DNA of 64,000 bases from contig DATBJC010000118.1 in the NCBI GenBank assembly GCA_036556625.1, positions 14,877 through 78,876 on the forward strand. Reading direction: 5' to 3'. Positions 1 through 10,658 of this stretch are shown here, one piece after another. Below the pieces are notes generated by a model that was given only the letters and a program-made list of their open reading frames with translations, made no database searches and had not been told where the DNA came from. Made by a program: the position numbers and the translations under genes. Numbering within the stretch: the stretch's first letter is position 1; every line of letters begins with the position of its first letter. This DNA is from Gemmatimonadales bacterium. Lineage in GTDB: Bacteria; Gemmatimonadota; Gemmatimonadetes; Gemmatimonadales; GWC2-71-9.

Positions 1-939
1 CAGCAGCAGATTGGCCACGTTGGTGCAGGCCAGCAGGAGGATGAGACCGGCCGCGGCCATGGCGAGGGCCGCACTCAGGACCAGCGTCTCGTGGGGAGTG
101 AAATCGGGATTGTCGAAGCCGCTGCCACCGGGGAGGATCCGCGTGCCTCGGTCGCGATTGGTATCGGGATGGAGCTGCTCCAGGCGCGCCGCGAAGTCCG
201 CGAGCATGGCGGATGCCGTTTCGCGTCCGAGTCCGGCCCGGAGCCGTCCGGCCACGATGAGCCAGGTGCTCTCACGATCGTCCAGCAGACCCTCAGAGCC
301 CGGGATCACCTGGGGGTGCATCATCATCGGCACCCAGACATCGGGGTGGAATCCGAACTTGCGCACCCCGGTGTACCCCGCGGGGGCGACGCCGATGACG
401 GTGAAGGGATGCCCGTTGAGCCGCAGCACGCGTCCGATCACGCCGGGATCGCCCCCGAACCGGTCGCGCCAGGCGCGATGGCTCAGCACGACCAGAGGAT
501 CGGACCCGGGACCCCGGGCATCTTGAGGCTGGAAGACCCGACCCAGGCTAGGCCGAAGTCCCAGCGCGGAGAAATAGTTCTCGGTGACCAGCTCGCTCCA
601 CACCATCTCCGCGCCGTTCGGCCCTGTCAGGCTCACCGGAAAGCCCTGTTGCGCCACCAGCCCGGCGAAGATGCCGCTGCGGTCGCGGTAGTCGAGGTAC
701 TCCGGGTACGACAGGTTCCGGGTGCGGCCGGTCCGTCGCTCCGTGGCGTAGAGCCCCACCACTTCGCCGGGACGGTCCACCGGCAACGGGCGAAACAACA
801 GCCCGTTCACCATGCTGAAGATGATGGTGTTGGCCCCGACGCCCAGCGCGAGCGTCAGCATGGCGGCCAGGGCGAACCCGGGACTCCTGAGGAGCTGCCG
901 CACTCCATAGCGAAGGTCTCGCAGCAGCCACTCGGTCAT
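1..939 (-). CDS. ADOP-type (duplicated FtsX/MacB-like) ABC permease, 5' part only; gene continues past the left edge
   Basis: Not in the ORF track because it has no stop in the window. My reverse-strand translation from ATG 939-937 gives MTEWLLRDLRYGVRQLLRSPGFALAAMLTLALGVGANTIIFSMVNG... and stays open to nt 1, ending ...LLLACTNVANLLL. These are the same N-terminal and TM motifs as the full-length paralogs upstream. The start overlaps the upstream stop (ATGA, 936-939). Confidence 0.85.
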   Translation of the reverse strand, partial: MTEWLLRDLRYGVRQLLRSPGFALAAMLTLALGVGANTIIFSMVNGLLFRPLPVDRPGEVVGLYATERRTGRTRNLSYPEYLDYRDRSGIFAGLVAQQGFPVSLTGPNGAEMVWSELVTENYFSALGLRPSLGRVFQPQDARGPGSDPLVVLSHRAWRDRFGGDPGVIGRVLRLNGHPFTVIGVAPAGYTGVRKFGFHPDVWVPMMMHPQVIPGSEGLLDDRESTWLIVAGRLRAGLGRETASAMLADFAARLEQLHPDTNRDRGTRILPGGSGFDNPDFTPHETLVLSAALAMAAAGLILLLACTNVANLLL

Positions 940-3356
940 TCCGACCTCAGCGCGATCAGGGGATCGAGCCGCGCGGCGCGGCGCGCGGGAAGCGCGCAGG
1001 CCGCCCAAGCGGCGGCGAGAAGAATCACCGCCACCAGCCCGAACGTCGCCGGATCGTGGAGGCTGACTTCGTAGAGCTCGGGCGCCAATGCGCGGCCCAA
1101 GAGCCAGGCCGCCATCGAGCCCAGCACTACGCCCACTCCGGCCAGCGCCACCGCCGGACGAACCACGGCGCGCCGGATCTCGCGGGCCGCCGCACCCAGC
1201 GCCATACGGATGCCGATCTCACGAGTGCGCTGACTCACGGAGTAGGCGATGACACCGTAGACGCCGACCGCAGCGAGCAGCAGCGCCAGCCCGGCGAAGC
1301 CGCCGAGCAGCAGGAGATTGAAGCGCTGGGGAGAGACCGAGCCGTGGAGCAGTGCCGGCAGGGTGGTCAGATCGGTGATCGGCTGGTCGGAGTCCAGCGC
1401 ATTGATCTCCCGCTTCACCGTGCGCGCAACCGCGGCGGGATCGCCCGCGGCGCGGACCACGACCGTCATCCCGCCGTGGGGATACTGGCGGAACGGGACG
1501 TAGAGCTCCGCCCGGGGCCGCGCCGCGAGACTCCGATGGCGCACGTCGCCCACCAGCCCGACGATGGTCGCGGCGCCGAAGCTTCCGCCGACCCAGACCC
1601 GCCGCCCGACCGGGTCCTCCCCTGGGAAGAACCGGCTCGCCAGCGTCTGATTGACCATCACTACTTTGGCCCCGTCCTCCCGATCGGTGTGATCGAATGC
1701 ACGGCCCCGCATCACCGGTATCCCGAGCGCCCGGAAGTACCGACCCTCGATCACCCGGAAGTCCACTTCCTGGCGATCGGCGGTCGCGGGCGGCGGGCTG
1801 CCATCGGGGGAAAACGGGAGGTCGTAGTCGATGCCCACGGGGTTCATCGGGAGCGTGGTCACCGCACCGGCGGCGGTGATTCCAGGGCGTCGCGCCAGCT
1901 GCTCGACCAGCCGGGAGAAGAAGGCGATCTGCTGCGGGTCTTCGGAGTACTGCGCGCCGGACAGGAACAACGTCGCGGCCACCACCTGCTCGGGGTCGAA
2001 GCCGGGATCGACCTGTTGCAGGCGCAGGAGACTCCGCAGGTGCAGACCAGCCGCCACCAGCAGGACCACCGACAGCGCCACCTCCACCACGATGAGTCCG
2101 CGCCGGGCCCTGCCCCTCTCTCGCCCCGCGGTCAGCCGCTCCCCCGAGCCACTGAGAGGCGCCCGGCGATCGAGACCGATAACCCGTAGCGCCGGAATCA
2201 CGCCGCAGAGGAAGGTGACCGGGATCAGGAGGGCCAGGGTGAAGGCCAGCACTCGCCCGTCGAGGGTGGCTTCGCGCCAGCCGGGAAGGAGGCCGGGGTC
2301 GAACGCCTGGACCAGCGGCACCGCCCACGCGGCGAGCGCGATTCCGCCGGTGGCGCCCATCGCTGCCACCACCGCGCACTCCATGACCATCAGGCGCAGC
2401 AGGCGGGCCGGCGCACCGCCGAGGGCTACCCGGATGGCGAGCTCGCGCTGGCGATCGAGGGCGCGGGCGAGAAAGAGATGACCGACGTTGGCGCAGGCCA
2501 GCAGCAGCACCAGCGCCACCGTGGCCAGCAGGAGCGCGACCGCGGACCGTCCGCCGGCAGCGACCGCCTCGCTCGCGGGGCTGGCGAGGATGGTCCAACC
2601 CCGGTTGGTCTCGGGATGGGCGTCCGCCAGGCGGCCGGCCACTACGTCGAGCTCCGCCGTGGCGTCGGCCAGCGCGGCGCCCGTGGCGAGCCGGGCGAGA
2701 ACGTTGAACCGCCGCTCGGCCCGGCTGACCAGCTCGGACGCATCGAAGGCGAGCGGGTTCCACAGCGCCACCGTGGCATCGTTGGGGAAGCGGAAACCTG
2801 CCGGCATCACCCCGACGATCTCGTAGGGCTCGCCATCGAGCGTCAGCGTCCGTCCTATCGCTTTGGGATCGCCACCCATCCGATCGAGCCAGAATCCGTG
2901 GCTGAGGATCACCACCCGGTCGCGGCCGGCAGTCTCCTCTTCAGGCAGGAAGTCCCGCCCCAGCGCCGGCGAGACGCCCAACATGCGGAACAGGTTGGCC
3001 GAGGCCCGTACCGACGCCAGCTCCTCGGGCTCGCCGGTGCCGCTGAGCGCGAATCCCCAGCTGTCCCAGGCAGCCAGCTCGTCGAACGCTCTCGATTCCC
3101 TCCGCCAGTCGAGGAAGTTGGCCGCGGAGGCCCGCTCCCGCTCCTTGCCGACCGCGGCCTGGCGCTCCCACAGCATGACCAGCCGATCGGCGGTGGAATA
3201 CGGCAGCGGCCGGAGCAGTGCCGCGTCGGCCAGGCTGAAGAACGCGCTGTTGGCACCAATGCCAAGCGCCAGGGTCAGGACCGCCGCCGCCGTGAACCCC
3301 GGACTCCGGCGAAGGCGCCGTATCGCGAGGCGAAGGTCGGGGCCGAGATCGCCCAT
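936..3356 (-). CDS. ADOP-type ABC permease (two FtsX-like 4-TM halves, two periplasmic domains)
   Basis: Track ORF 936..3359. N-terminus MGDLGPDLRLAIRRLRRSPGFTAAAVLTLALGIGANSAFFS, internal LLLACANVGHLFLAR, C-terminus RLDPLIALRSE-stop. ATG at 3356 overlaps the upstream TGA (TGATG); the GTG at 3359 is the alternative start. Confidence 0.9.
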   Translation of the reverse strand: MGDLGPDLRLAIRRLRRSPGFTAAAVLTLALGIGANSAFFSLADAALLRPLPYSTADRLVMLWERQAAVGKERERASAANFLDWRRESRAFDELAAWDSWGFALSGTGEPEELASVRASANLFRMLGVSPALGRDFLPEEETAGRDRVVILSHGFWLDRMGGDPKAIGRTLTLDGEPYEIVGVMPAGFRFPNDATVALWNPLAFDASELVSRAERRFNVLARLATGAALADATAELDVVAGRLADAHPETNRGWTILASPASEAVAAGGRSAVALLLATVALVLLLACANVGHLFLARALDRQRELAIRVALGGAPARLLRLMVMECAVVAAMGATGGIALAAWAVPLVQAFDPGLLPGWREATLDGRVLAFTLALLIPVTFLCGVIPALRVIGLDRRAPLSGSGERLTAGRERGRARRGLIVVEVALSVVLLVAAGLHLRSLLRLQQVDPGFDPEQVVAATLFLSGAQYSEDPQQIAFFSRLVEQLARRPGITAAGAVTTLPMNPVGIDYDLPFSPDGSPPPATADRQEVDFRVIEGRYFRALGIPVMRGRAFDHTDREDGAKVVMVNQTLASRFFPGEDPVGRRVWVGGSFGAATIVGLVGDVRHRSLAARPRAELYVPFRQYPHGGMTVVVRAAGDPAAVARTVKREINALDSDQPITDLTTLPALLHGSVSPQRFNLLLLGGFAGLALLLAAVGVYGVIAYSVSQRTREIGIRMALGAAAREIRRAVVRPAVALAGVGVVLGSMAAWLLGRALAPELYEVSLHDPATFGLVAVILLAAAWAACALPARRAARLDPLIALRSE

Positions 3357-5797
3357 CACTCGGTCCTGAGCGCGCGCATCGGGTCCACCGCGGCAGCCCG
3401 GCTGGCCGGCAGCCAGCTCGCCAGCACCGCCACCACGGCGAAGAGCGCGACGACGGTAACGAGCGTCGTCGGATCGGTCGGGCTCACATCCACCAGGAAC
3501 GCACCCAGCAGCCGGGTGGCGGCCGCAGCGGAGATCAGGCCGATCCCGAGCCCCGCCACGGTGAGTGCCAGAGCCCGGCGGACCACCAGCATCCTGACAT
3601 CGCGCGACCGCGCTCCCAGCGCCATGCGGATGCCGATCTCGGCCGTGCGCTGCGAGACCACGTAGGACATCACGCCATAGAGCCCGAAGGCCGCCAGCAG
3701 CGCCGCGACCAGCCCGAAGACGCCCAACACGGTGGCGCCCACCCGCTGCGGGAGCAGCGCGTACCCCAGATGCTCCGCCATCGTGTTCGCTTCCACCGGC
3801 AGCTCGGGGTCGAGGGCGTGGGCCTCGCGAATGAGCGCCGGCAGGATCGAACGGGCATCGCCGGCGGCTCGCACGACGAGCACCATGTCGGGCTCGTAGG
3901 CCTGAGCGAACGGCTCGTAGAAGTGCGGCTGGGGCGCTTCGGTCAGCGACCAGTACTTGCCATCCTTCGCTACCCCGATGACCTCGCGCGCGCCTCCCCT
4001 CCGGCTGGAGAAGCGACGGCCGATGGGGTTTTCCCCCGGCCAGAACCGGCGGGCGAAGCTCTCATTGACGATAGCCACCGGCGCGGAGCCCTCGCGGTCC
4101 CGGGAATCGAAGCCGCGACCTTGCACCAGCGGGATTTCCATGGTCTCGAAGTACCCGGCATCGACGGTGTTGATGCCGAACTCCATCTCCTCACCCTCTG
4201 CGGGAGCATAGCCTTCGACTTCGATGCCTCGGCGTTGCCGGGAAAACCCCAGGGGCACGATCTCGGTCAGACTCACCGCCTCGACGCCCGGCAGGGATCG
4301 GACCCGGCGCTGGAGCTCGGTGTAGAAGGCCCGGCCGCGCAGCGAGTCGTAGCCCTGGATGCCCAGCTCGAGACGAGCGAGCGCGAGTCCTTCGGCGCGG
4401 AATCCCGGATCGATGCGGGTGGCGTTACGAAGACTGGCGAGAAAGAGACCCGCGGCCGCCAGCACGACCAGCGAGACCGCCACCTGTGCGATGACCAGTC
4501 CGTCGCGCAATCCGATCCGTCGCGGACCTCCGGCAGCGCTCAGGTCCCCACGCAGCGCGGCCGTGCCGTCCAGCCGGGTGGCACGGAGTGCCGGCGCGAG
4601 GCCGGAGAGCAAGACGGTGACGGCCGTGGCCAGCACCGTGAAGAGGAGGATGCGGGTGTCGAGCGGAAAATCGAGGGCGACCGGCACCGGAAGCGGCGGC
4701 TCGAAGCTGGCCAGCGCGCCGGTGGCCCAGGTGGCGAGCACCACGCCGCCTACGGCGCCGGCGGCCGCCAGGACCAGCCCCTCGGTGAGCAGCTGCCGCA
4801 CCAGCCGCGCGCGGCCCCCACCCAGCGCGAGCCGGACCGCGACCTCGCGCCGGCGTGCGGTGCCGCGGGCCAGCAGGAGATTGGCCAGGTTGGCACAGCA
4901 GATCGCCAGCACCAGGCAGGCGACGCCCATCAAGAGTGCCAGGAACTGAGTGACCGGACCGCGGATGGTAGGAAATACCCGCGCGTCCCGTTCCGGAAGC
5001 ACCGTCACCACCCGGGCACTGCCGGTCCGGTCGATCCAGGTCCGGCCATAGGTGCCGTGAAGCCGCGCCGCCACTACGCCGAGCTGGCTCTGCAGCTCGC
5101 CGACACTCACGCCGTCCCGAAGCCGGCCCACCAGGAAGAGCCCGCGGTCACCGCGATTGGTCAGCATGTCGTCCGCCGGCGAGAGCACCCGATTTGCGGC
5201 CAGCGAGGTCCACAGCTCGACCCGGATTCCCCGCATCGCGCCGCTGAAGCTCTCCGGCGCCACCCCGGCGACGGTGAAGCTGGAGCCGGAGACCTTGATG
5301 GTGCGGCCCACGACGTCCGCCGCCCCGCCGAATCGGCGGTGCCACAGGCCGTATCCGATCACCACCTCGGTCTCGGTGGTACCGGGGGCGAATCCGTGAC
5401 CCAGGGCCAGCGGCACGCCCAGCACGCCGAAATAGTTTTCGCTCACCATCTCGCCCATCACGCGGAAGCTCTGTGATCCCCACGCCACGTTGAACGGCTG
5501 GGCCACGAAGGCGGCAAGGCCCTGCAGGCCCGGCGCGCCGGAGGTGAAGTCCACGTAGTCGGCGTAGGACGAGGTGCCGTAGCGAGGCCCGCTGAAATCG
5601 CTGGTGAACACCATCACCAGCCGCTCGGACTGGCGCAGGTGGGCCGGCGGCCGGAGGAACACCGTGTTGATCACGCTGAAGATCGTCGTGGTCGAGCCGA
5701 TGCCGAGGCCGAGCATCGCGATGGCCAGCAGCGCGAAACCCGGCGAGCGAAGCAGCTGGCGGACCGCGAAGCGGAGGTCCTGCCGGAAGGAATCCAT
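3356..5797 (-). CDS. ADOP-type ABC permease
   Basis: Last 813 codons of the 1275-aa track ORF 3356..7183. The family N-terminus MDSFRQDLRFAVRQLLRSPGFALLAIAMLGLGIGSTTTIFSV begins at ATG 5797-5795, overlapping the upstream TGA by 1 nt. Contains ICCANLANLLLARG and ends VDPMRALRTE-stop. Confidence 0.9.
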   Translation of the reverse strand: MDSFRQDLRFAVRQLLRSPGFALLAIAMLGLGIGSTTTIFSVINTVFLRPPAHLRQSERLVMVFTSDFSGPRYGTSSYADYVDFTSGAPGLQGLAAFVAQPFNVAWGSQSFRVMGEMVSENYFGVLGVPLALGHGFAPGTTETEVVIGYGLWHRRFGGAADVVGRTIKVSGSSFTVAGVAPESFSGAMRGIRVELWTSLAANRVLSPADDMLTNRGDRGLFLVGRLRDGVSVGELQSQLGVVAARLHGTYGRTWIDRTGSARVVTVLPERDARVFPTIRGPVTQFLALLMGVACLVLAICCANLANLLLARGTARRREVAVRLALGGGRARLVRQLLTEGLVLAAAGAVGGVVLATWATGALASFEPPLPVPVALDFPLDTRILLFTVLATAVTVLLSGLAPALRATRLDGTAALRGDLSAAGGPRRIGLRDGLVIAQVAVSLVVLAAAGLFLASLRNATRIDPGFRAEGLALARLELGIQGYDSLRGRAFYTELQRRVRSLPGVEAVSLTEIVPLGFSRQRRGIEVEGYAPAEGEEMEFGINTVDAGYFETMEIPLVQGRGFDSRDREGSAPVAIVNESFARRFWPGENPIGRRFSSRRGGAREVIGVAKDGKYWSLTEAPQPHFYEPFAQAYEPDMVLVVRAAGDARSILPALIREAHALDPELPVEANTMAEHLGYALLPQRVGATVLGVFGLVAALLAAFGLYGVMSYVVSQRTAEIGIRMALGARSRDVRMLVVRRALALTVAGLGIGLISAAAATRLLGAFLVDVSPTDPTTLVTVVALFAVVAVLASWLPASRAAAVDPMRALRTE

Positions 5798-8205
5798 CAC
5801 TCGGCCCTGAGTGTTCCCGCGGGATCCACCTGCATGGCGCGCCGGGCCGGCAGCACACACGCCGCGAGCGCGACCGCCGCGATGAGGCAGGAGATCGCGA
5901 CGAAGATGGCCGGGTCGTCGGGCTGGACGGCGTACAACAGCGAGGCCAGGAACCGCGCCAGTCCGGCGGCCGCGAGCACGCCGAGAACGATCCCGACAGC
6001 CACCGTCAGCATCCCCTCTCCCACCACCAGCCGGATGATCTCCGCCCGGCGGGCGCCCAGCGCCATCCGGATCCCGATCTCCTGGGAGCGCTGCACCACA
6101 CCGTAGGAGATGACGCCGTACACCCCGATCGCGGCCAGCGCCAGGGCGACCAGAGCGAACGTCGCCAGGACAATCGCACGGAACCGGTCGGTAGCGATCG
6201 AGGCGCCCTTCACGCGGGTCAGGCTCCGGATGTCGGACACCGGCACCGTCGGATCGAGAGTCGCCACTATTCCCCGGATCGCGGGAGCGAGGGCCGAGGG
6301 ATCCATCGCGGTGCGCACCAGCAACGCCATCTCCGGAAGCCCGACCTGTGCCTGCGAGCCGTACATCTGGGGGCGGCTTTCGGTAGCGAGCGACCGCTGC
6401 TTCACATCGCCGACCACGCCGACCACCGTCATCCAGCCGCCTTCCTCCGGCTCGCCCAGCGTGAGCCGCTTGCCGATGGCGCTCTCGTTGGGCCAGAAGC
6501 GCCGCGCCAGCGACTGGTTGACCACCACCACCGCGGGCGACTCCCACCGGTCCCGCTCCGCCAGATCGCGTCCCTGGAGCAGCGGGATTTCCATGGTGGC
6601 GAAGTAGCCCGGGGTGACGACGTTGAACTCGGTGCGGGGACGCAGCTGCGTTTCGAGCGGCGGCTGCCCTTCGACGCTGAAGGCGTAGCGCGCCCCGTCG
6701 GCCCCCAGCGGCAGGTAGCTCACCGCCGCGGCCGCCGTGACGCCCGGCAGGGCCTCGGCGCGCTCCACCAGCTCGCGGAAGAATCCGATGACTCGAGCCG
6801 TGTCGGGATTCGCCCGGGAAAGGGCGAGCCGGGCGGTGAGGACGCCGTCGGGATTGAATCCGGGATCCACCTCCTGCAAACGGCGGAAGCTCTGCACCAT
6901 CAGGCCGGTGCCGACCAAGAGCAGAAGCGCCAGGGCGATCTCGGTGACCACCAGCACTCGCCGGGTGCGCTGCCGGTGAATGCCCCCCGAGGTGCGGCCC
7001 CCGTCGCGCAGCGAGGCTTCGGCATTCGGCGTCGCCGTATGGGTAGCGGGAAGGAGACCGAACACGAGACTGGTGAGCACTGCCACGCCGAAGGTGAAGC
7101 CGAGCACGGCGCGGTCCAGCACGATGCCTTCGCCGGCCGGCAACTCCTCGGGACCGAGGGCGAGCAACCCGTCCACCCCCCACGCCGCGAGCACCAGGCC
7201 CAGCGCTCCACCCAGCAGCGCGATCACCAGGCTCTCGGTCAACAGCTGACGCACCAGCCGTCCGCGGCTCGCGCCCAACGCGGCCCGGATCGAGAGCTCC
7301 CGTCGCCGAGCCGAGCTTCGAGCCAGCATCATGTTGGCGACGTTGGCGGATGCGATGAGCAGGACGAACCCCACCGCACCGAGGAGCACCAGCAACGTTG
7401 GCCTCAGGTTCTCGACCAGCGACTCGTGCAGCGGACGCAGCGCGATGCCCCAGCCCTTGTTCGACGCCGGATACTCACGGGCCAGACGGTCCGCGACCGG
7501 ATCGAGCCGAGCTGCGGCGCGCTCGACGGTCATCCCGGGTCCCAGGCGGCCGATCACGTCGTAGGCGTGGAGCCCGCGATTGTCCAGAAGCTGGGGATCG
7601 TCGTGCGACACCGGGATCCAGAGATCGACCCTCTCGGGAAAGTGAAAGTCCGCGGTCGCCACACCGACGACCGTCAGACTCCGCCCGTCCACGGTCACGC
7701 TGCGGCCGACCAGGTCCCTCTCGCCCGCGAAGCGGCGCTGCCAAAGATCGCGGCTCAGGACCGCGACGTCGTCGGCGCCTCGGACGTCCTCCCCTTCGGT
7801 GAAGTACCGGCCGTACACCGGCGTGAGCCCCAGCACCCGGAAGAAGTCGGCACTCACCAGCGCGCCGGTGACCCGCTCGGCTTCGTCCGCACCGGTGAGA
7901 TTCAGCGCCTGGGTACGATAGATCGCCGATGACTGGAAGACGCCGCCGCTCTTCTGCCAGTCGCGAAAGTTGGGGTAGGAGACCGTATTGGTAGTGCCGT
8001 CCGGGCGCGCCTCGTTGACCCGCACCAGACGCGACGGCTCCTGGAAGGGCAGCGGCCTGAGCAGGACCGCGTTCACCACGCTGAAGATCGCGCTGTTGGC
8101 GCCGATGCCGAGGCCCAGTGTCAAGACGGCGATGGCGGTGAAACCCGGCGAGCGGATGAGCTGCCTGACGGCGTACCGGAGGTCGCGCCCCAGCTGGTCG
8201 GTCAT
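5797..8205 (-). CDS. ADOP-type ABC permease
   Basis: 802-aa track ORF. MTDQLGRDLRYAVRQLIRSPGFTAIAVLTLGLGIGANSAIFSVVN, LLIASANVANMMLAR, ends QVDPAGTLRAE-stop. The start overlaps the upstream stop (ATGA, 8202-8205). Confidence 0.9.
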   Translation of the reverse strand: MTDQLGRDLRYAVRQLIRSPGFTAIAVLTLGLGIGANSAIFSVVNAVLLRPLPFQEPSRLVRVNEARPDGTTNTVSYPNFRDWQKSGGVFQSSAIYRTQALNLTGADEAERVTGALVSADFFRVLGLTPVYGRYFTEGEDVRGADDVAVLSRDLWQRRFAGERDLVGRSVTVDGRSLTVVGVATADFHFPERVDLWIPVSHDDPQLLDNRGLHAYDVIGRLGPGMTVERAAARLDPVADRLAREYPASNKGWGIALRPLHESLVENLRPTLLVLLGAVGFVLLIASANVANMMLARSSARRRELSIRAALGASRGRLVRQLLTESLVIALLGGALGLVLAAWGVDGLLALGPEELPAGEGIVLDRAVLGFTFGVAVLTSLVFGLLPATHTATPNAEASLRDGGRTSGGIHRQRTRRVLVVTEIALALLLLVGTGLMVQSFRRLQEVDPGFNPDGVLTARLALSRANPDTARVIGFFRELVERAEALPGVTAAAAVSYLPLGADGARYAFSVEGQPPLETQLRPRTEFNVVTPGYFATMEIPLLQGRDLAERDRWESPAVVVVNQSLARRFWPNESAIGKRLTLGEPEEGGWMTVVGVVGDVKQRSLATESRPQMYGSQAQVGLPEMALLVRTAMDPSALAPAIRGIVATLDPTVPVSDIRSLTRVKGASIATDRFRAIVLATFALVALALAAIGVYGVISYGVVQRSQEIGIRMALGARRAEIIRLVVGEGMLTVAVGIVLGVLAAAGLARFLASLLYAVQPDDPAIFVAISCLIAAVALAACVLPARRAMQVDPAGTLRAE

Positions 8206-10658
8206 TCGGCCCTCAGGGAGATCATCGGATCCACTCGGGTCGCCCGCCGTGCGGGAAGCCAGGTCGCGATCAGCGCGACCAGTCCGAGCAGGAACGCGAC
8301 CGCGGCGTAGGTCACCGGGTCCTGGGCACTGGTGTCGAAGAGCTGACTGGCCAGCACCCGGCTCAGGGACCAGGCTCCGACCAGACCGGCGACGAGACCG
8401 ACCAGCACCAGCCGCATCCCCTGTCCCACCACCAGGCGCAACACGTCGCGGGTCCCCGCGCCCAGCGCGAGCCGGATTCCGATCTCGTGTCTTCGCTGGG
8501 TCGTGGTATACGCCATGACGCCATAGATGCCGATCGCGGAGAGGAGCAGCGCCATGCCGGCGAAGAGAAGCAGGAGCACCATGGAGATCCGGCGCTCGGC
8601 GCTGGCGTTCTCGATCACCCGCTCCATGGACATCACGCCGAACACGGGTTGCTCCGGGTCCACGCTGCGGATGGCGGCGGTGACCGCAGCGCCGAGCCGC
8701 TCGGGGTCGTCCTCACCGGTCCGTACCACCATGGACATCTCCTGCGAGCTGACGGCGCGATAGGAGCTGTACACCTCCTCCCGCGGCGGGTCGGCGAGCC
8801 CGATCTGGCGGACATCGCCCACGATGCCGGCCACCGTCAACCATGGTCCGTCGCTCCTGAACCGGACCCGTTGGCCGAGGGGATCGGCGCCGGGCCAGTA
8901 CTTCTCCGCCATGGTGCGGTTCACCACGACCAGCCGCCGGGAGACCGAGTCCTCCAGGTCGGGGAGACCTTCGCCGGCCAGGCGCGGGATTCCCATCGTC
9001 TCGAAGTAGTTCGGGCTCACCAGCCGGCCCTGGGCCGTCATCGGAGGATCGTCGGGCGCGACCGGACGGCCCTCGATCTCGAGACGCAGATCGTTCTCTC
9101 CGCGCAGCGGCAGCTGCGAGATGAGCGCCGCGTTCCGCACGCCGGGCACTGCCTGCACCGCCGCCAGCGCGCGCTCGTAGAAGCTCCGGCGCTGCGCGTG
9201 GGTCTGGAACCGTCCCTTGGAGCGGTCGTTGGGCACCGGCAGCCACATCTGGAGGGTGAGCAGCCGGTCGGGATCGAAGCCGTACTCCACCGCCATGAGC
9301 CGCTGGAAGCTCCGCAGCATGAGCCCCGCACCCGCCAGCAGCATGAGCGCGACCGCTACCTCCGCGACCACCAGCGCGGCCCGCATCCGGGTCCGCGGCG
9401 CGCCGGCGGTGCCGCGGCCCGAGTCCTTTAGCACGCCCTGGAGATCCGCGCGCGACATCTGCAGCGCCGGTAGCAGGCCGAAGACGACGCCGGTGAGAAT
9501 GATCAGAAAGGCGGTGAAGCCCAGCACCGGCAGCGAGAGCTCGATCTCGCCGGCGCGGGGGAGATAGAGCGAAACCAACCTGCCCAGGGCGCTGGAGCCC
9601 CACGCCGCCAGCACGAGGCCCAGTCCGCCACCCAAGGCCGCGAGGACGAGGCTTTCGGTGAGCAGCTGGCGCACCAGCCGTCCGCGGCTGCTCCCGAGTG
9701 CGGTGCGCACCGCGATCTCCCGCTCCCGCACCGTGGAGCGGGCCAGCAGCAGGTTGGCCACGTTGGCGCAGCCGATGAGCAGCACGAACCCGACCGCACC
9801 GAGCAGCACCAGCAGCGCCGGCCGCACGTCGCCCACGACCTGCTCGGCCAGGGGCGTCGCCACCGGGTGCCAGCCCTGGCCGGCGGGATAGGCCTGGGGG
9901 TACTGCTCCCGCAGCCGGACGGTGAGCGCGGCCAGCTCGGCCGAGGCATTGTCCACCGTGCGGCCGGGCTTGAGCCGGCCGATCAGGTCGTAGACCCGTA
10001 GCCCGCGGGCGTTCAGGAAATTGGGATCGGGATTGTCCAGCGCGATCGGGGCCCACACTTCCATCGGCGAAGTTCCGCTCTCCAGCACATGGCGGAAGCC
10101 GCGAGGCATGATCCCGATGATGGTCATCGGGTCGTCGTCCAGCCGCACCGTCTTGCCGATGACGCCCGGGTCGCCGCCGAAGCGCTTCTGCCACAGCTGG
10201 TGGGAGATGATGACGACGTAGCCGATCTGTCCCCGGTCATCGTCCGGGGTGAAGTCGCGGCCCAGAGCAGGCGCGACCCCGAGGAGGCGGAAGTAGTTGT
10301 CCGAGACGACCGAGGCCTGGATCCGCTGGGGCTCGCCCAGTCCGGTCAAGTTGATGCTGATCGGGTAGACCGCGGCGAGGTCCTGCAGCGCGCCGACGCC
10401 CTCGAGGTAGTCATGGTACTCGGGCTGCGAGGCGGGTATGTCCTGGGCGCCGGTGCCCGCGTACGCCGCCCGAATCGAGATCAGCCGCTCGGGCTCGGAG
10501 TAGGCGAGCGGGCGCAGGAGAACGGAGTAGACCACGCTGAAGATCGCCGTGTTCGCGCCGATTCCCAGCGCGAGCGTCAGCACGGCGATCGCGGTGAAGG
10601 CGGGGCTCCGAAGCAGGCTCCGAGCCGTGAAGCGGAGATCACGCCAGAAGACATCCAT
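8202..10658 (-). CDS. ADOP-type ABC permease
   Basis: Track ORF 8202..10661. MDVFWRDLRFTARSLLRSPAFTAIAVLTLALGIGANTAIFSVVY, LLIGCANVANLLLAR, ends RVDPMISLRAE-stop. ATG 10658-10656 overlaps the ATPase TGA by 1 nt (TGATG). Confidence 0.9.
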   Translation of the reverse strand: MDVFWRDLRFTARSLLRSPAFTAIAVLTLALGIGANTAIFSVVYSVLLRPLAYSEPERLISIRAAYAGTGAQDIPASQPEYHDYLEGVGALQDLAAVYPISINLTGLGEPQRIQASVVSDNYFRLLGVAPALGRDFTPDDDRGQIGYVVIISHQLWQKRFGGDPGVIGKTVRLDDDPMTIIGIMPRGFRHVLESGTSPMEVWAPIALDNPDPNFLNARGLRVYDLIGRLKPGRTVDNASAELAALTVRLREQYPQAYPAGQGWHPVATPLAEQVVGDVRPALLVLLGAVGFVLLIGCANVANLLLARSTVREREIAVRTALGSSRGRLVRQLLTESLVLAALGGGLGLVLAAWGSSALGRLVSLYLPRAGEIELSLPVLGFTAFLIILTGVVFGLLPALQMSRADLQGVLKDSGRGTAGAPRTRMRAALVVAEVAVALMLLAGAGLMLRSFQRLMAVEYGFDPDRLLTLQMWLPVPNDRSKGRFQTHAQRRSFYERALAAVQAVPGVRNAALISQLPLRGENDLRLEIEGRPVAPDDPPMTAQGRLVSPNYFETMGIPRLAGEGLPDLEDSVSRRLVVVNRTMAEKYWPGADPLGQRVRFRSDGPWLTVAGIVGDVRQIGLADPPREEVYSSYRAVSSQEMSMVVRTGEDDPERLGAAVTAAIRSVDPEQPVFGVMSMERVIENASAERRISMVLLLLFAGMALLLSAIGIYGVMAYTTTQRRHEIGIRLALGAGTRDVLRLVVGQGMRLVLVGLVAGLVGAWSLSRVLASQLFDTSAQDPVTYAAVAFLLGLVALIATWLPARRATRVDPMISLRAE

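Noticed and set aside
5798-7183. Upstream 460 codons of the 1275-aa track ORF 3356..7183
   Set aside because: Arg/Gly/Ala/Pro-rich low-complexity translation that lies out of frame over the well-supported permease gene 5797-8205. The family N-terminus (MDSFRQDLRFAVRQLLRSPGF) and the TGATG coupling fix the real start at 5797. This is a GC-driven shadow frame.
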